From Setoptus koraiensis (taxonomy: Eukaryota > Animalia > Arthropoda): a stretch of 64,000 bases of DNA. The stretch spans positions 7,564,001-7,628,000 of the forward strand of contig CM106586.1 in the NCBI GenBank assembly GCA_048013815.1, written 5' to 3'. Of the stretch, positions 22,001 through 33,203 are shown one piece after another. Position 1 is the first letter of the stretch; every line of letters starts with the position of its first letter. The notes beneath the pieces are model-generated. The model did no database searches. It saw only the letters and a list, made by a program, of their open reading frames with translations, and was not told where the DNA came from. Both the position numbers and the translations under genes were made by a program.

Positions 22001-23140
22001 TATGGATCTTCTATAAATAGCCAGACGTTGATCCATGATTGCCTCTAGCTTCTCTTTGATTTGCTTGAAGCCCTGGCGAGCCTTCAAACTCCTAATATCC
22101 TCGTCGTCGTCGTCTTCCTCCTCACGATCTAGTTCTGTCTCTTCTTCCCATTCGTGATCTGACGATGATGATTGTTTGCCATCATCATTGGCAAGCTCGT
22201 GCTGTTGTTGTTGCTGCTGACTATTATTGGTTTTGTTATCGTTAAAACAATTCATGATGGGTGATTGCTGTCTGGTCATCTTTCTCCTATTGAGTTCATG
22301 TTTTAATTGAGTACTCAACATGGAACGCAATACGCCACTAGTGTGTAGGTGTTGTTTTGAATTGGCGTCTGTTACAATAACCAGTGGCTGCTGTTGATTG
22401 TTGCCAGCAGTGGATGGCGACGGCGGGCGCGATCCCATGAGACAATCGGACGAAATTGGCTTGAAATTGCCTATGGTGCCTCTGTCTTGTATAACATCCT
22501 CTATGATTCGTTGATTTTTGATAGGTTTACCAACTTTCATAAAGCCACTGGTTGACTTGTCCGACTGATCATAATTGTTGTGATCGTTTGCCTGTTGCCG
22601 CTGATGGATAGTGGACGAGGTGGATAGTGTAGAGGAATTTGATGAGGAATCGTCGAAGTCGGAGCCCCATCCAAAGTCGTCGTCGTCATCGTCGTCGTCG
22701 TCGTTGCTGTTGTTGTTGTTGTCGTGATTGTTTGTTATTAGTACATTGTTAGTGACTGTTGTTGTGGCGTTGCTGTTGTCCGTGGAACAACATTGTTGTT
22801 GATGTCTGGTCTGTTTGTTTTGATTGCTGTTGTGGCGCGTATAGGATGAGGCGCTCATGCGAAAGGACGAGTTTCTACTCAGACTCTTTCTCTTTTGAGC
22901 TTGCAAATAAGCGTGATGGCTCTTGGGGTGATAGTAATGATGATACTGGTGGTGGCTCAGATACGATTGTACACTGGCGGTTATCTTGCAGCGGCGCTTG
23001 CTATTTCTCAGCGGATTGTTGCTGGCGTTGGCTGGATTATTGGCGCACAACACTGTTGACTGGCCAGTGAAATCGTACGATTGCTGCATTTGGCCTCCTC
23101 TGTGACTTGCGCCCACCAGATCTGTTCGGCGTGGATCCAT
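19004..23140 (-). CDS. Large low-complexity (N/Q/S/D-rich) protein, 1378 aa from the first ATG; no globular domain recognised
   Basis: 4.1-kb stop-free frame. The track's start at 23143 is TTG, and the first ATG is at 23140 with an in-frame TAA just upstream. AATAAA about 55 nt after the stop (18946-18951, minus strand). Confidence 0.85.
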   Translation of the reverse strand: MDPRRTDLVGASHRGGQMQQSYDFTGQSTVLCANNPANASNNPLRNSKRRCKITASVQSYLSHHQYHHYYHPKSHHAYLQAQKRKSLSRNSSFRMSASSYTRHNSNQNKQTRHQQQCCSTDNSNATTTVTNNVLITNNHDNNNNSNDDDDDDDDDFGWGSDFDDSSSNSSTLSTSSTIHQRQQANDHNNYDQSDKSTSGFMKVGKPIKNQRIIEDVIQDRGTIGNFKPISSDCLMGSRPPSPSTAGNNQQQPLVIVTDANSKQHLHTSGVLRSMLSTQLKHELNRRKMTRQQSPIMNCFNDNKTNNSQQQQQQHELANDDGKQSSSSDHEWEEETELDREEEDDDDEDIRSLKARQGFKQIKEKLEAIMDQRLAIYRRSISTPTLQNVDTLSVNDHHSNNIMMINTNYNSAMNTSQNKRQDGNNLTPGLHHFNDSDRHLMTDKPVNNSNLNNSPKYNNYSLSTSSYNVHHQKQPTSQQQQHQKMVVASQFSGNSMSNIPTLVSVSKLQTSLAPKPHQQTLLTAANVATTNSDDHSDVDDPSEIYQSDRQIIASVNEHNNDDDKHHNVQREFDQQSHCSSTGSQSSGSQDSGHSTQHSSSNGSELGLKSQRSQIVGSSPGPTVATNIHQPQRSATSTRNPSVEPPSSPSSTVSSNDSGNSSACYATTGGSSSSSSDIHMANSSIRSSKNLDDLYDVVDEALNYNHSSTSSSSTTPIATVTAPTNNVSANNLSHYVHGDCCIPSVPEPSSLSPSLAQADSNCPNNNQQQLSNHQRPLFNSLIFSKQIQNGFKNLRNNVSAQATKNVNTDISDILNKGLHLQVRNNKQNSSNDNFDTDNDGTTGINSRLPTPNMSRNKFANNKSNNKPYPTDQPTITVLKREFNVNHQQAMVEELMSKLNKRNYRMMQQQQQQKQQQLLLDNNQVEINGRSEPEQLSSHNSQATQSAKSNEVPIQQLQQKDDSSGEEKRLSLLLEQQRQMSLKLKQKPRSKRKTSNAVNLDSYDHTPTTAKSTSNLISSCDIMSIERQQQQQVSSSKSAISLRQLIKNVVDDTEQPNKLSTLTMHVLNRTDSFNSDLAISDGASLSRSISSSSLSSLSSLDNSNGCTITRNSGQKSPLAVAENNNQLSNEAESLSNGDNDCIDRDWQDERQINGDRERGLTSISNNGDGVKMNKDKSIIGHYLKSLKDFNIPARIRMPKVKLLTQTTASTNNQQQQQDNHYYTDHNVSQDVDGNISNDNNDKRDYGKGIFNRSSDGLANHFVTLSNRRWKSCNLKGNSTNNGHKATQIKDTQEKQSNYQDCSNRHQNNQINCTINSNSNNNNNLDDVDQNYNQYYAMNSPVRPTLNRLTYFLPEPKNGISPTTLGTYQPEHYNAMLHLHDK

Positions 23141-23150
23141 CAATTATAAT

Positions 23151-23175
23151 TATTGTTAGTATTATTATTAGTATT

Positions 23176-23213
<38 letters not shown>
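23151..23213. repeat. (ATT)n-rich microsatellite immediately upstream of the large ORF
   Basis: Read directly. Confidence 0.9.
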
Positions 23214-23214
<1 letters not shown>

Positions 23215-25700
23215 GCGGTTGTTGATAATATGCCAGTTGCAAATGGTCGAGTGTGTGTGTATTCGCGTACGCGGGTCAGGATTAAAATGATGATTGATTT
23301 GCCATTCGGGTGTCCGCACCGCAATGGCGACCATTTTTTCGATTGTTGTATAATGGGCGATAATGGACGATAATATATATATAATGATAGCAATAACACA
23401 GTGGTAATGTTAGATAATGGACGAACGGATTATGCGAGTGTGAGAGTGGATAATAAACGGATAATGGCGATCTCTCTTGTTGCCTAAGGCCTTTGTTGCG
23501 GTGCAATGCTGGTTTGCTGCTGCCGCCGCTCACTAACGGGTTGACCGCGTGCGGGTCGGTGCACCGCACCACACCGCACCACACTGTCCGTACCGCTGTA
23601 GCAATAGCGCAGAGTCTGCACTACGGACAGTTGGCTTCAAAGTGCAACTTGTTGCACAATGGTGCAAGCGGTGCACAACCAAGCCAGTCGTGCACCACTT
23701 TGCCAACCAGCGCCAGGCCCCAAACTTGAAATGGCACACTGACACTCAGTGAGTGAGCGCGTGCGTGGCGCCACCTACGCAACAATTCGCGCGCGCGCGT
23801 GCTATCGCAAAATTTGGCTAAATCTTAAAAATAAAATAATAATTTTTTCTTTATCATCATTTCTATCATTTTTCGCGTTTCTATAATTTTCTTATAACAA
23901 TTTTCTAATTTTTTTCTCTATACATACTGTATATCGCCGGCTATATTAGTCAAACGACTGCTCATTCGTTGGGTTTGTTTGCGTTCCAACGAATCGCTTA
24001 TTTTGGCCGACTCTGCTGGTCTCGCGTTAACGGCTCCGTCGGCGCTAACTCGCGCAATCACGCAATCATGGCATAACGGATAATTAGAAAGTGGGCGATA
24101 CAGTGTCCCTGCTTGCAGTTTTCAATATCTGTTTGTTTTCTGCTGTGACAAGCTGCCTAGCTGGCAGTAGGCAGCTTGGCGGCTAATGACTTGCGATGGA
24201 GTTGCTTGTTAAATTAAGTAGAGCCATTAATAAATAATATTAACAGCCGTACGGTGTGTGCCGGCTGTTTGTTTCTGCGTGTCGTTACTGTTGTTTCATT
24301 TGATTAATTTGCGTTTCATCTCGATCAAAACCAACATTACCTTCTCTCTCTCTCTCTCTCTCTATCTCGCCATCTCGCTATCTCTGTATCGCTCGTTCGC
24401 GTATGGTTTCAATGATACGACCGCCAAAAGCCCGCCGATTCTCGGAGCTGGAGATGAAAGTTTCGAGAATCGGATTGAGTCCAATCACAGCGCGGCCCGG
24501 ATAGGGAGAGGGGCAGGCTTGCGGGTTGCGTATCGGCTCTGCTGGGCTCGACGAGCGTCGGGCTCGAGTGGCTCGTTGAGCGCCACTCGAACTGCGGAGC
24601 CCGCCAAATAGACAGGCCAAATAGATCTGTCCAATCAATCAGACAGGCGCTTGTTGAGACTACTGGCGCTGTCGGCTGCGAGTTGTCCCTATAACACACA
24701 CACACACACTATATGACAAGATGATTTAATCGAAAATATTCAAATATTGTCTGATTATAATAATTTATTTGTCTTTGGTCGGTGCACTGCTCGAGCGTTC
24801 AAGCGGCTCCCCTTGGCAGCGACTTGTTTGCCTTAGCGGTTTCTTGAGCGAGTCACTTCACTGCACTTGGCAACTGAACAACTCCTACTCGTCCAACGAA
24901 TACACACAAAATACATAATATTGCATTAGCACAACATTACTTTGGTTAGTATTGAACACTGTGTATTGGCGTGTATCGTTGCGTTGAAGACGGCACCGGA
25001 CCGGACCGGACCCGACCGAATCGGACAAAACGGGCCAAGACGAGAGCACGGCCAGCGAAATGAATGAATGAGCGTCACGAGACCACCCGTTAATATTATT
25101 GAATTACTGCTGGCGCAATTCAATTCAATTCGGGCCGCTGTTTGAATTGAATATCCGACAATTCTTTGCTTCTGTCACTTGAGATCATTGTCGGATGGCC
25201 AGTGACTTGTTATTATTATTTGCATACTTCTCATTGATTGGTCAATAACGATCTGGCGTGGCCAACTATTTATACACATCATAATCTGGGCACTTGTGGA
25301 CGCAGCTTGCGACTGGTCAGTTGGTCAGTAGTATGTTGTTTGCTACCACGAACAGGTAGCAAACAACAGCAAAGAGAGCCTGTTGAAAGGCCCAATGTAA
25401 ATAGCCGTTCATGATGACTGATAGCGCCGTTCCAATGCTGAATATTAATAGGATGGCCACTTCAATAATAATGCCGGCCGGCCGGCCGGCCACTCGATCG
25501 ATGGACAGCTCGTATTATTAGATTTGACTTGCTTGCCACCGACATTTGCAGTGCGTCTGGCAAATCGGCAAATGCGCATTGTTATGTTTGCCTGTTGTTG
25601 TCGTTTGCCATGTGCCATTTACAACGGATCACTCAATTGGAAACGGGCAATCATTGTTGGCGGCAGCAAACAAAAATACCATTACATAATGTCTGATAAT

Positions 25701-25757
25701 GTTGGATAATATCGGATAATATTAGATAACATTGGACAACATTGGATAATATTGGAT
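25701..25757. repeat. Degenerate 10-bp tandem array (ATTGGATAAT), about 6 units
   Basis: Read directly. Confidence 0.85.
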
Positions 25758-28700
25758 CGGACAGGCGAATCCCGAGGGGTCGGCAAGTGTCGAAGCGCGT
25801 CGACTATTGTCGAGTTGGACAACAGGGCCGGACAGGCTCAAGTGGCTTGATTGATTGAATTGATCGGTCAGTGATCGAAAGCGCCGAGTGACACACAGGA
25901 TTGTTGTTCACGTACTTGCGCCGATCAAGCTGATCAATTGTCAATCGGATGTCCGGCCGGCTGAGCCGGTCGGACATGAACGGCGGCGGCGGCGGCGGCG
26001 GCGACAACGACCACAACGCCAACAACAATCAAGACTCTCGAGTCGAGAGGGCTCGGCCCGAGGCACTATTACTAGCGGCCAGAGATTACTATTAATATCC
26101 GCCGGACAGTGTGGCTCGCTCACTTTCTACCTGTGCTGCTGCTGCTGTCATCCGTTATGCGGCTGACAGTTGAGTGGCTCGATGCTGGTCATCCATCATG
26201 GCCGAGATGCGGTCATTGTTATGATGGTATCGCCATTGGATCAACTGGTCAAATTAGACGCGCCAGTCAACGAACGCCGACACGATGATAACATGGTGTG
26301 GGCACGATGATGCAACTTGTATGTATCATACTGTTGCTGTTGCCGCTGTTGCCGCTGTTGCTGTTGTTGTTGTTGCTGTTGGCGTCGGTTGTTGTTGCTG
26401 TTGGCGTCGGTTGCTGGCGTCGCTGTTGGCCAAACTAGGGCCAAACTCGGGCCAAACTCGGGCCAAACTCGGGCCAACTGCGGCGTTATCTAGATCTTGT
26501 GCGCTGCATGGTGGCATCATGGTGGTCGGGCGGCAGCGGGCACATGTGGACAGGTAAAGGTGGAATCAATCATGTCTCAACTGGCTGCGCAGCCCATCGC
26601 GCTTCGAAACGGATCTGGCTCGGTGCGATCGGCACCACGCACAGGCTGCACCGGCTGCAACAACGAGTGACCAAAGTGATCATAGTGGCCTCATTAGAAT
26701 GGCCACATTGGCTCGCAGCGAGCTGCATCAGGCTGCTGGCAGCTTTGATGCAAGCTCTCAGCGAGCTATGACGCAAGTGCCACTCACATTATACACGGCA
26801 CACTACATATATATTGCGATGCGATATATACGATAAGACGAGGCATTACGTAACTTACGTAACGAAAGGCATGAGACGCTAAACGAATCAAGCGATCGAG
26901 TGTGAGCTGCTGCCCAGTTGCGCAAGCTATTTTTGGTTTCAGTTGCAGCTCGAGCTTGATATTGAGCTTGATTCTGAGTTTTGATTCTGAGTTTTGATTT
27001 TGGTTTCGGTCTCGGCGGTGTGCCGAGCATGGCGCCTGGCAAACAATAATGGATATTAGATGCGATTAGCAATTCGCATCTTGCATCCCCGAGCGCCGTT
27101 ATGATTAATGCTCGGCCAAACGAATCTGCTCAGCGAAACTGTTGTGCTCTCGCTGCCGACTGAACAGTTATCATCAGTTATCATTATCAGCTATCATTAT
27201 CGGCTATCGTTGTCAGTTATCATGTCGCTGCATTGTCTTTGGTTGGATTATTCAAGCCTCAGCCACAGTCAACAGTGTCCATTATTCACCATAATCGACA
27301 ATGATGATGAGCTCGGCGCTTGACCAATCGATATCGCACGGTCCGATGTTCGGTGGTTGGCCCCATGGGATCTCGTCCGGTATCGACATGGCAGCTCATC
27401 TGATACCGGCATGGGAGCTCATCTGGTATCGACATGCGAGATATGCGCGGATGTGGGCCCAACTGGCCGGCGCGGCCTCAGCTCAGATGTGAGCAGCGCC
27501 CCGAGCGAATGATTGATGCAAGTTTGCAAAATCGCCAGTGGCACTCAGTGCATTTGGCAACGGACTGACTGAGGGATTTTTGCGCTTTTGGGCTCGTTTG
27601 GGCCGGCGCCACAAGCTGGCAGCGGCAATTCGTCGGGCCAATTCATTGCCGGCGACCAACAGCGGAGAGCGCTGTCATTACGCAACATGGGCATTATGCA
27701 ATACATGGGCAGTATAATGTATTATGGGCATTATGCAACATGCATGCTGTGGCCAGCGTCTGGCTTACGTAATGTGTGCGCAATGCTATGCATTGCCGGC
27801 CATTAGCCGCATTACGACAAGTGGCTAGACAACAATTATGTTACGTAACGAAACAAAACAATTGCCGCCGCGTCAGAACAAAACGAACTGATGCAGGCGA
27901 GCGGCATGCAAATGGGCGACTGCACACTTTTAGTGTCATTGTGTCACCGTGGCATGGCGCAACAAGCCGTTCGAGCCGGTTGCGCCATGGTTGCCAAGCT
28001 CGAACGGGCCAGACCGTTTCGCAAACACTCTCTCTCACTCTAATAATAATGAGAGATGTAATAATAGAAGCCGCTAGGCGAGCCCGCGAACGCCCAGACA
28101 ACAGGCTGACAGGGATTATTTTTGCGCTCAATGCGGCGCACTTGTCGCTGCCAATTGCAATTGTTGTTCGAGACGCTTCGGCCGGGCAGCGTCGGCCCGG
28201 CCGAAGGAGGCCAGAGTGTGTCCACTTTTCATTATCACCCGCCTGCCACTATTAATCTGGGCACAGTGTGCGTCGCTGCCAATTATCTCTCTGGTCAATC
28301 AATGCGACCATTCAGGTGTGACAGCCAGCCAGTGTTGCCAAGACGGGCGAGTCTAGGCGACATTTGTCTGGCAATTGCCAGTTGGCCGCCGCTGCCGCTG
28401 TGGCCAATGGAGTGCGACAGCGCGCCGACGATCCAGTGCGGCGACACTCCGTTGCGACAGCCGAGCTCACCTGTGCACTGAGCGCTGTTATATATATATA
28501 TATCTCACCTGTCCTATGACTTGTACACACACACAGTTTAGTCGCGCCAGCAGTTGCGTCAGTTTATATGTTTGATGGTGCGGCCCGCCCGCACCATCAG
28601 ACATATAAAAACCTTATAAACAGCATGGCTCGGGCCGGTCAGCGGCGGGCCGGCCCGCTCTCGACGCTAGTGGCGCCACTGACGCTAGCGACGCCAACTG

Positions 28701-29885
28701 ACGCTAATGGCGCCACTGACGCTGGTGTCGCCACCGACGGGCCAACTGACACTTGGCCGGCCATTTGTCGTTGTTGTTTGGTTTTGCTGACTCGGGGGCG
28801 ACAACAACGCCACTGGCGGCCAGTGCGCTGGCCAATGCAACAGGCAGCGCAATTATTGTTGCATTGTCGCCGTGTCCACTGACACGGCGTTGCCGCAATC
28901 ACTCAATCGCTGAGTGGCCCCGATGTGACGTAATGGCCGTTGTATTACTTTCCACTGACATGCTGTTGTGAGATGTTCATTTCGGCGTGTCGTCAGCTCG
29001 GCGAAATGACATTTCGCCGAGCGCTGCTGCGTCGCGCATCTCACACGATTGTGGCCACTTTTTCCACTTAATTTGCCGCCGATAACCATCAATAATTTGT
29101 CCCGATCGGCGGCCCGCTCGCCAGTGCCGACCGGCCGCCAGTGTCGACCGGCCGCTGGCTAAAAATAGCCAGCCGTGCATGGAATCCAGTGTCCAGTGTT
29201 ATGAGTTGCGTCGCGAATCGTGATCGACACAACAAGAGTCTTGTTACGCGACCGAGTTGCGCAAAAACTCACAAAAATGCCCGGCCACAATTTTCGAACT
29301 GAAGCGGCCATATCTGGCCGCATCAGCGACGAAACATTTCATTTGGGAACGTTGCGGCGCCGAATCGATTCGAACTTTGCAATGAATCGATTCGAACTTC
29401 GAATGGAATCGATTCGGCTCGCCTGCGGCCGTTTTGCGGCGCACAACTGGCCAGACAAAACGGCCCGGCAAAAGTGTCACCTGTTGCACTGGTCAGCGGC
29501 CAGTGGTGACAGTCGACAAGTCGGTGGCAGGTGACAAGTGTCAAGTGGCAACAGTTGACGGCGAGTTGCGAATTGTCAACGAGCCACTGTCGACAGTAAT
29601 GACAGCTCGCCAGCCGTCGGTCCGCTGGCTGCGATCGCTGCACGCTGCAGCCGGTTGCACCGAGCTGCAGCCAGTTGCACCGAGCTGCAGCCAGTTGCAC
29701 CGAGCTGCAGCGGCCGCAACGAGAGTTTGTGAACGCGCCGTCTGGCGTAGGTCTGGCCAGCTATATCCGGCCAGCCATATCTGGCTTGCTGGGTCTGGTT
29801 GCCGGGTCTGGTTGCCGGCTCGAATGGCTCGAGTGGCTCGAGTTGGTTGGTGGAGGCTCGAGTTGGTCGAGGCTCGAGGGCTTAC

Positions 29886-30004
29886 CTGCGCTGGCGTGCA
29901 TCCTCTGGCGGGCCTTCTTGTCCAGGGTGCGCAACTGTCCGACGAGCCGCCTGGCGGTGAACGAGGCCTGGTGCTTGCACTCCACGACGGCCTTGTTGAG
30001 GTGC
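29886..30004 (-). CDS. Isolated internal coding exon, 119 nt (HLNKAVVECKHQASFTARRLVGQLRTLDKKARQRMHASA)
   Basis: CAATTAG| acceptor and CAG|GTAAG donor. 37 of 39 codons end in G/C. Non-repetitive, helical-looking peptide; starts in phase 2 and ends in phase 1. Confidence 0.65.
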
Positions 30005-31407
30005 CTAATTGTCGAATCGGGCCGATTGGTGGCGGCGGCGCGACGATGGGGGCGAGAGTGGCGAAAGAGACGCAAGGTTGTCGGGTTAGTTTTCTCGTTC
30101 AATATTTATTGTGTTATATATAGACAGATTGTATCACATAATTTATATGTGGACGCAGGGATAAATTATATTACATGCAGACGGACGGGTAAATTATATT
30201 ACATGCAAACAAACGGATAGATTGTGTTATATATAGACGGAGAGGCGAGTTGTCACAGTGGCTGACGGCCGATTAGCCATCATTGTAATTATATTATTAT
30301 TCGCCAGGGGCTTCGCGCAAATTCGCGCAAATTCGCGCAAATTCGCGTCAATTCGCGTCAAGTGTCTGGCAGTGCAAACAATTTTCAATTTGCAATTTCT
30401 CTCTCGTCAATTTGCTCACTGTGAGCGGCTGCAAATGTCCATCAAGTCAGCTTGTCACAGCTCACAGGCTAATCATCGATGGAACGACATGATTAGCCGA
30501 GCGAGATGACACAGCCAGCCAGTTTTAGTTTTAGGTAACTGTCTCACCTCGCTCGGCTTCTGTAATAACGATAATAATAATAATAATAACGTAATGCGAA
30601 AGGCTGTCGCAGCCAACAGATAATGGGATTGATAATCGTCTGATTGGATGCCATTCCGTGCCTTGTGAGAGCTTCTGCTCGCAAGTCGCGAGCCGTCCCG
30701 CTGGCGACCGAATAAAACTGGCGAGCGAAATAAAACAACGACCATTCACCACTAGCGCTATACGGAACGGATATACGCGAGCCGACCTGGCGAGCGCATT
30801 TCTTTGGAGGCCGAAAGTGCCCAAAAGTGCCCAGTGTCGGGCACTGCCGCAAATACCGGATCGCGGTGGCCGCGCGCGCACGGATATCGCCCCGGATCGG
30901 GTAACCGGGCCGACAGACATGACGGGCACGACGGGATGAATCGGGCAGATCGGACGGGCTCGGGCTGTCGGCGAGCGTCGGCCATTTGTCAGCTTGTGTG
31001 GCTGTTTGCGCATCTAGTCGCGCCTGCCAAGCCGATTGAATTCAAGCCTGATTGACGCCAGTTGACCTCTGTCTGAGCCGGCCGTCAGCGCTGGCGGGCC
31101 GGGCTTAGCGGCGGCCGGCCGGCCGCCAGTTGAATCGTTCGGGCGGCCGGCTCACGGGCCGAATTCACAGCCGAATTCGTGGCGGAATTCGCGGCCAGAT
31201 TCATGGACAAATGCGAGCCGGCACACGGTCCAATGTCGCTGTTGGCTCGTCGTCGTCGCGGCCGAACCCGAGTCCGACAGTCGCATTCCGACTGACATAC
31301 TCAAATGGCACACGTTAACGAACGCGCGCGTGTCGTGTAATGTCGTCTCTAATATTTCTAATGTTTTCCAATGTTTGCCAATGTTTGCCAATGTTTGCAT
31401 GCAGTGT

Positions 31408-31438
31408 CGCGCACAGGTGAGTCACTCACCTGTGCGCG
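31408..31438. repeat. Perfect 31-bp palindrome CGCGCACAGGTGAGT-C-ACTCACCTGTGCGCG
   Basis: 15-bp arms are exact reverse complements around a 1-nt spacer. Confidence 0.95.
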
Positions 31439-33113
31439 TTTCAGAGAGCGCCTTCGACAGCGCATCTGGCCACAAGTGGCCACAACAGTGCCCACAGTGA
31501 CCAACGAGCAGCTGACCACGGCCAGCTACCGTTGGCCGTTGGTCAGTTTGGATGGTCAGTTTAAACGGGCCCATCGCGCATTAGCATAATCGCACCTCAC
31601 CTGTGCGAATGGTCACCTTTGCGAATGGTCACCTGTTCGAACTTGTAATGCCAGTGGCTGGCTGACTAACGGTCGCCGACTGACTGTGTTGGTCACTCAC
31701 GGCCAACGATTAGCGCGCACAATAGCGCTCAAGCTCGGCCATTCATTACCATTCTTATTATTGCTTTTGCTGCCTTTCTCAATTGCTGCTTTGTTAGTAT
31801 TGCGCGCGCGCGCTCACCTGACATCCTTTGGGCTCACAGCAGCTGATCGGTGCCAGCGCTTGACAGTTAACAGTAATTTAGACAGCAAACGCTTACCTGT
31901 TAGCGGTTAATGGTCGTCAGCTGGCCGCTTGATGACGGTCGAGCGCATTGTCAAATTATTTTTATTTTCATTTTCATTTTGTTTTGTTGCGCCCGATGGC
32001 AACTTGCAAAGGTTAATGGCCAGGCGCAGGGCCGCATCTGGCCGCCGCGCCGGGTCCCGGCACGCGACAAACGGCCGGCCCGCAGCGCATGATGAGTGAC
32101 TCAGCGCACACAGACGACTCACTATATAAACATCTCACTATATAAGCATCTCACGGGCGGCCCACGGGCCGCGCAAGAGCGGCCACAAGCCCGAAACGGG
32201 CCGGCCATTGCGGCGACGGATCGCACAAAGTCGGTGGCGCCGCAATCGACGCTTGTGTTTGTATCGGGCGCCCGATACAAACTCAGGCGAGCGCTAATTA
32301 ACGGCCGCCTGATTAGTTTGAGTGGGCCGGCCCGATCGACGGGCGATCACTCGAGCCGAGCGGTCGGACGCTTCTTGTCGCCCGATTTAGGCCGGCGCGG
32401 AGTCGCACAAGTCGCTCGTTACAGCGAGTCGCAAGTGGCGGCTCGTTACAGCGAGTCGCGGCTCGCCGTAATTGATTAGCGCAGATCGTTTGCCCGATCC
32501 AGTCGGAGCGGCGGCCCGACAGCGAGCGGCGAGCGACGAGCATGACTGCACGCCGGCCGGCCGCGCCGAGACCGGCCCAAGGACGCCAAATGTGGCCGCG
32601 ATCGCCAAATTGGAGACTCCAACAGACTGCGCTGCAGATATTAAGCGGACCATTGGCAATAAATGGCGAGGCGTTTAATTCGGAGCGACGACGCTGTAAC
32701 GATGGAGTGAATCGATAAAAAGTGGTTGTTCGCTCGCTTCGATTGGCCGCTCGCTCGCTTCGATTGGCCGGTCGTGAGCTGCGAGCGGCCCGAGCGAGCG
32801 AGAGCCAGCAGCGAGTATCGGCCGAGTGTCCAATCGGGTCAGATCGTGAACTTGATCATCAAAAGTGCACTGCTAAAAACGCATTGGCCACGGCTAATAA
32901 TAGCCCGACGCCGCGCCGCGCCGCAACCTGTTATCGGCCGGGCCGCGCGACCATCAGTGCGCATAATGCGGCGGGGCGCATTGTGCGAGTCGCTCACGGC
33001 GCTCGGGATGGGAACCTATTTAGTGGCCGCTGTTGCCCATTGCGGCTGCCCAAGCAACAGTCGCAATTAGGCGCTCGAAAACCGGCCGGCGCTTGAGAAC
33101 AACAAGCGGCCGC

Positions 33114-33203
33114 TTCTCAACTTGAGATTCTCAACTTGAGATTCTCAAGTTGAGAATCTCGAGTTGAGAGTCTCGAGTTGAGAGTCTCGAGTTGAGAATC
33201 TCA
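33114..33203. repeat. 14-bp tandem array of near-palindromic units, 6.4 units (TTCTCAACTTGAGA drifting to GTCTCGAGTTGAGA)
   Basis: Read directly; 33114-33127 is the exact reverse complement of 33143-33156. Confidence 0.9.

Noticed and set aside
27380-27455. Apparent duplicated peptide MSIPDE(L/I)P on the minus strand, with a downstream G|GTGAAT donor
   Set aside because: It is a 23-bp tandem repeat x3; the period is not a multiple of 3, and there is no good in-frame acceptor.
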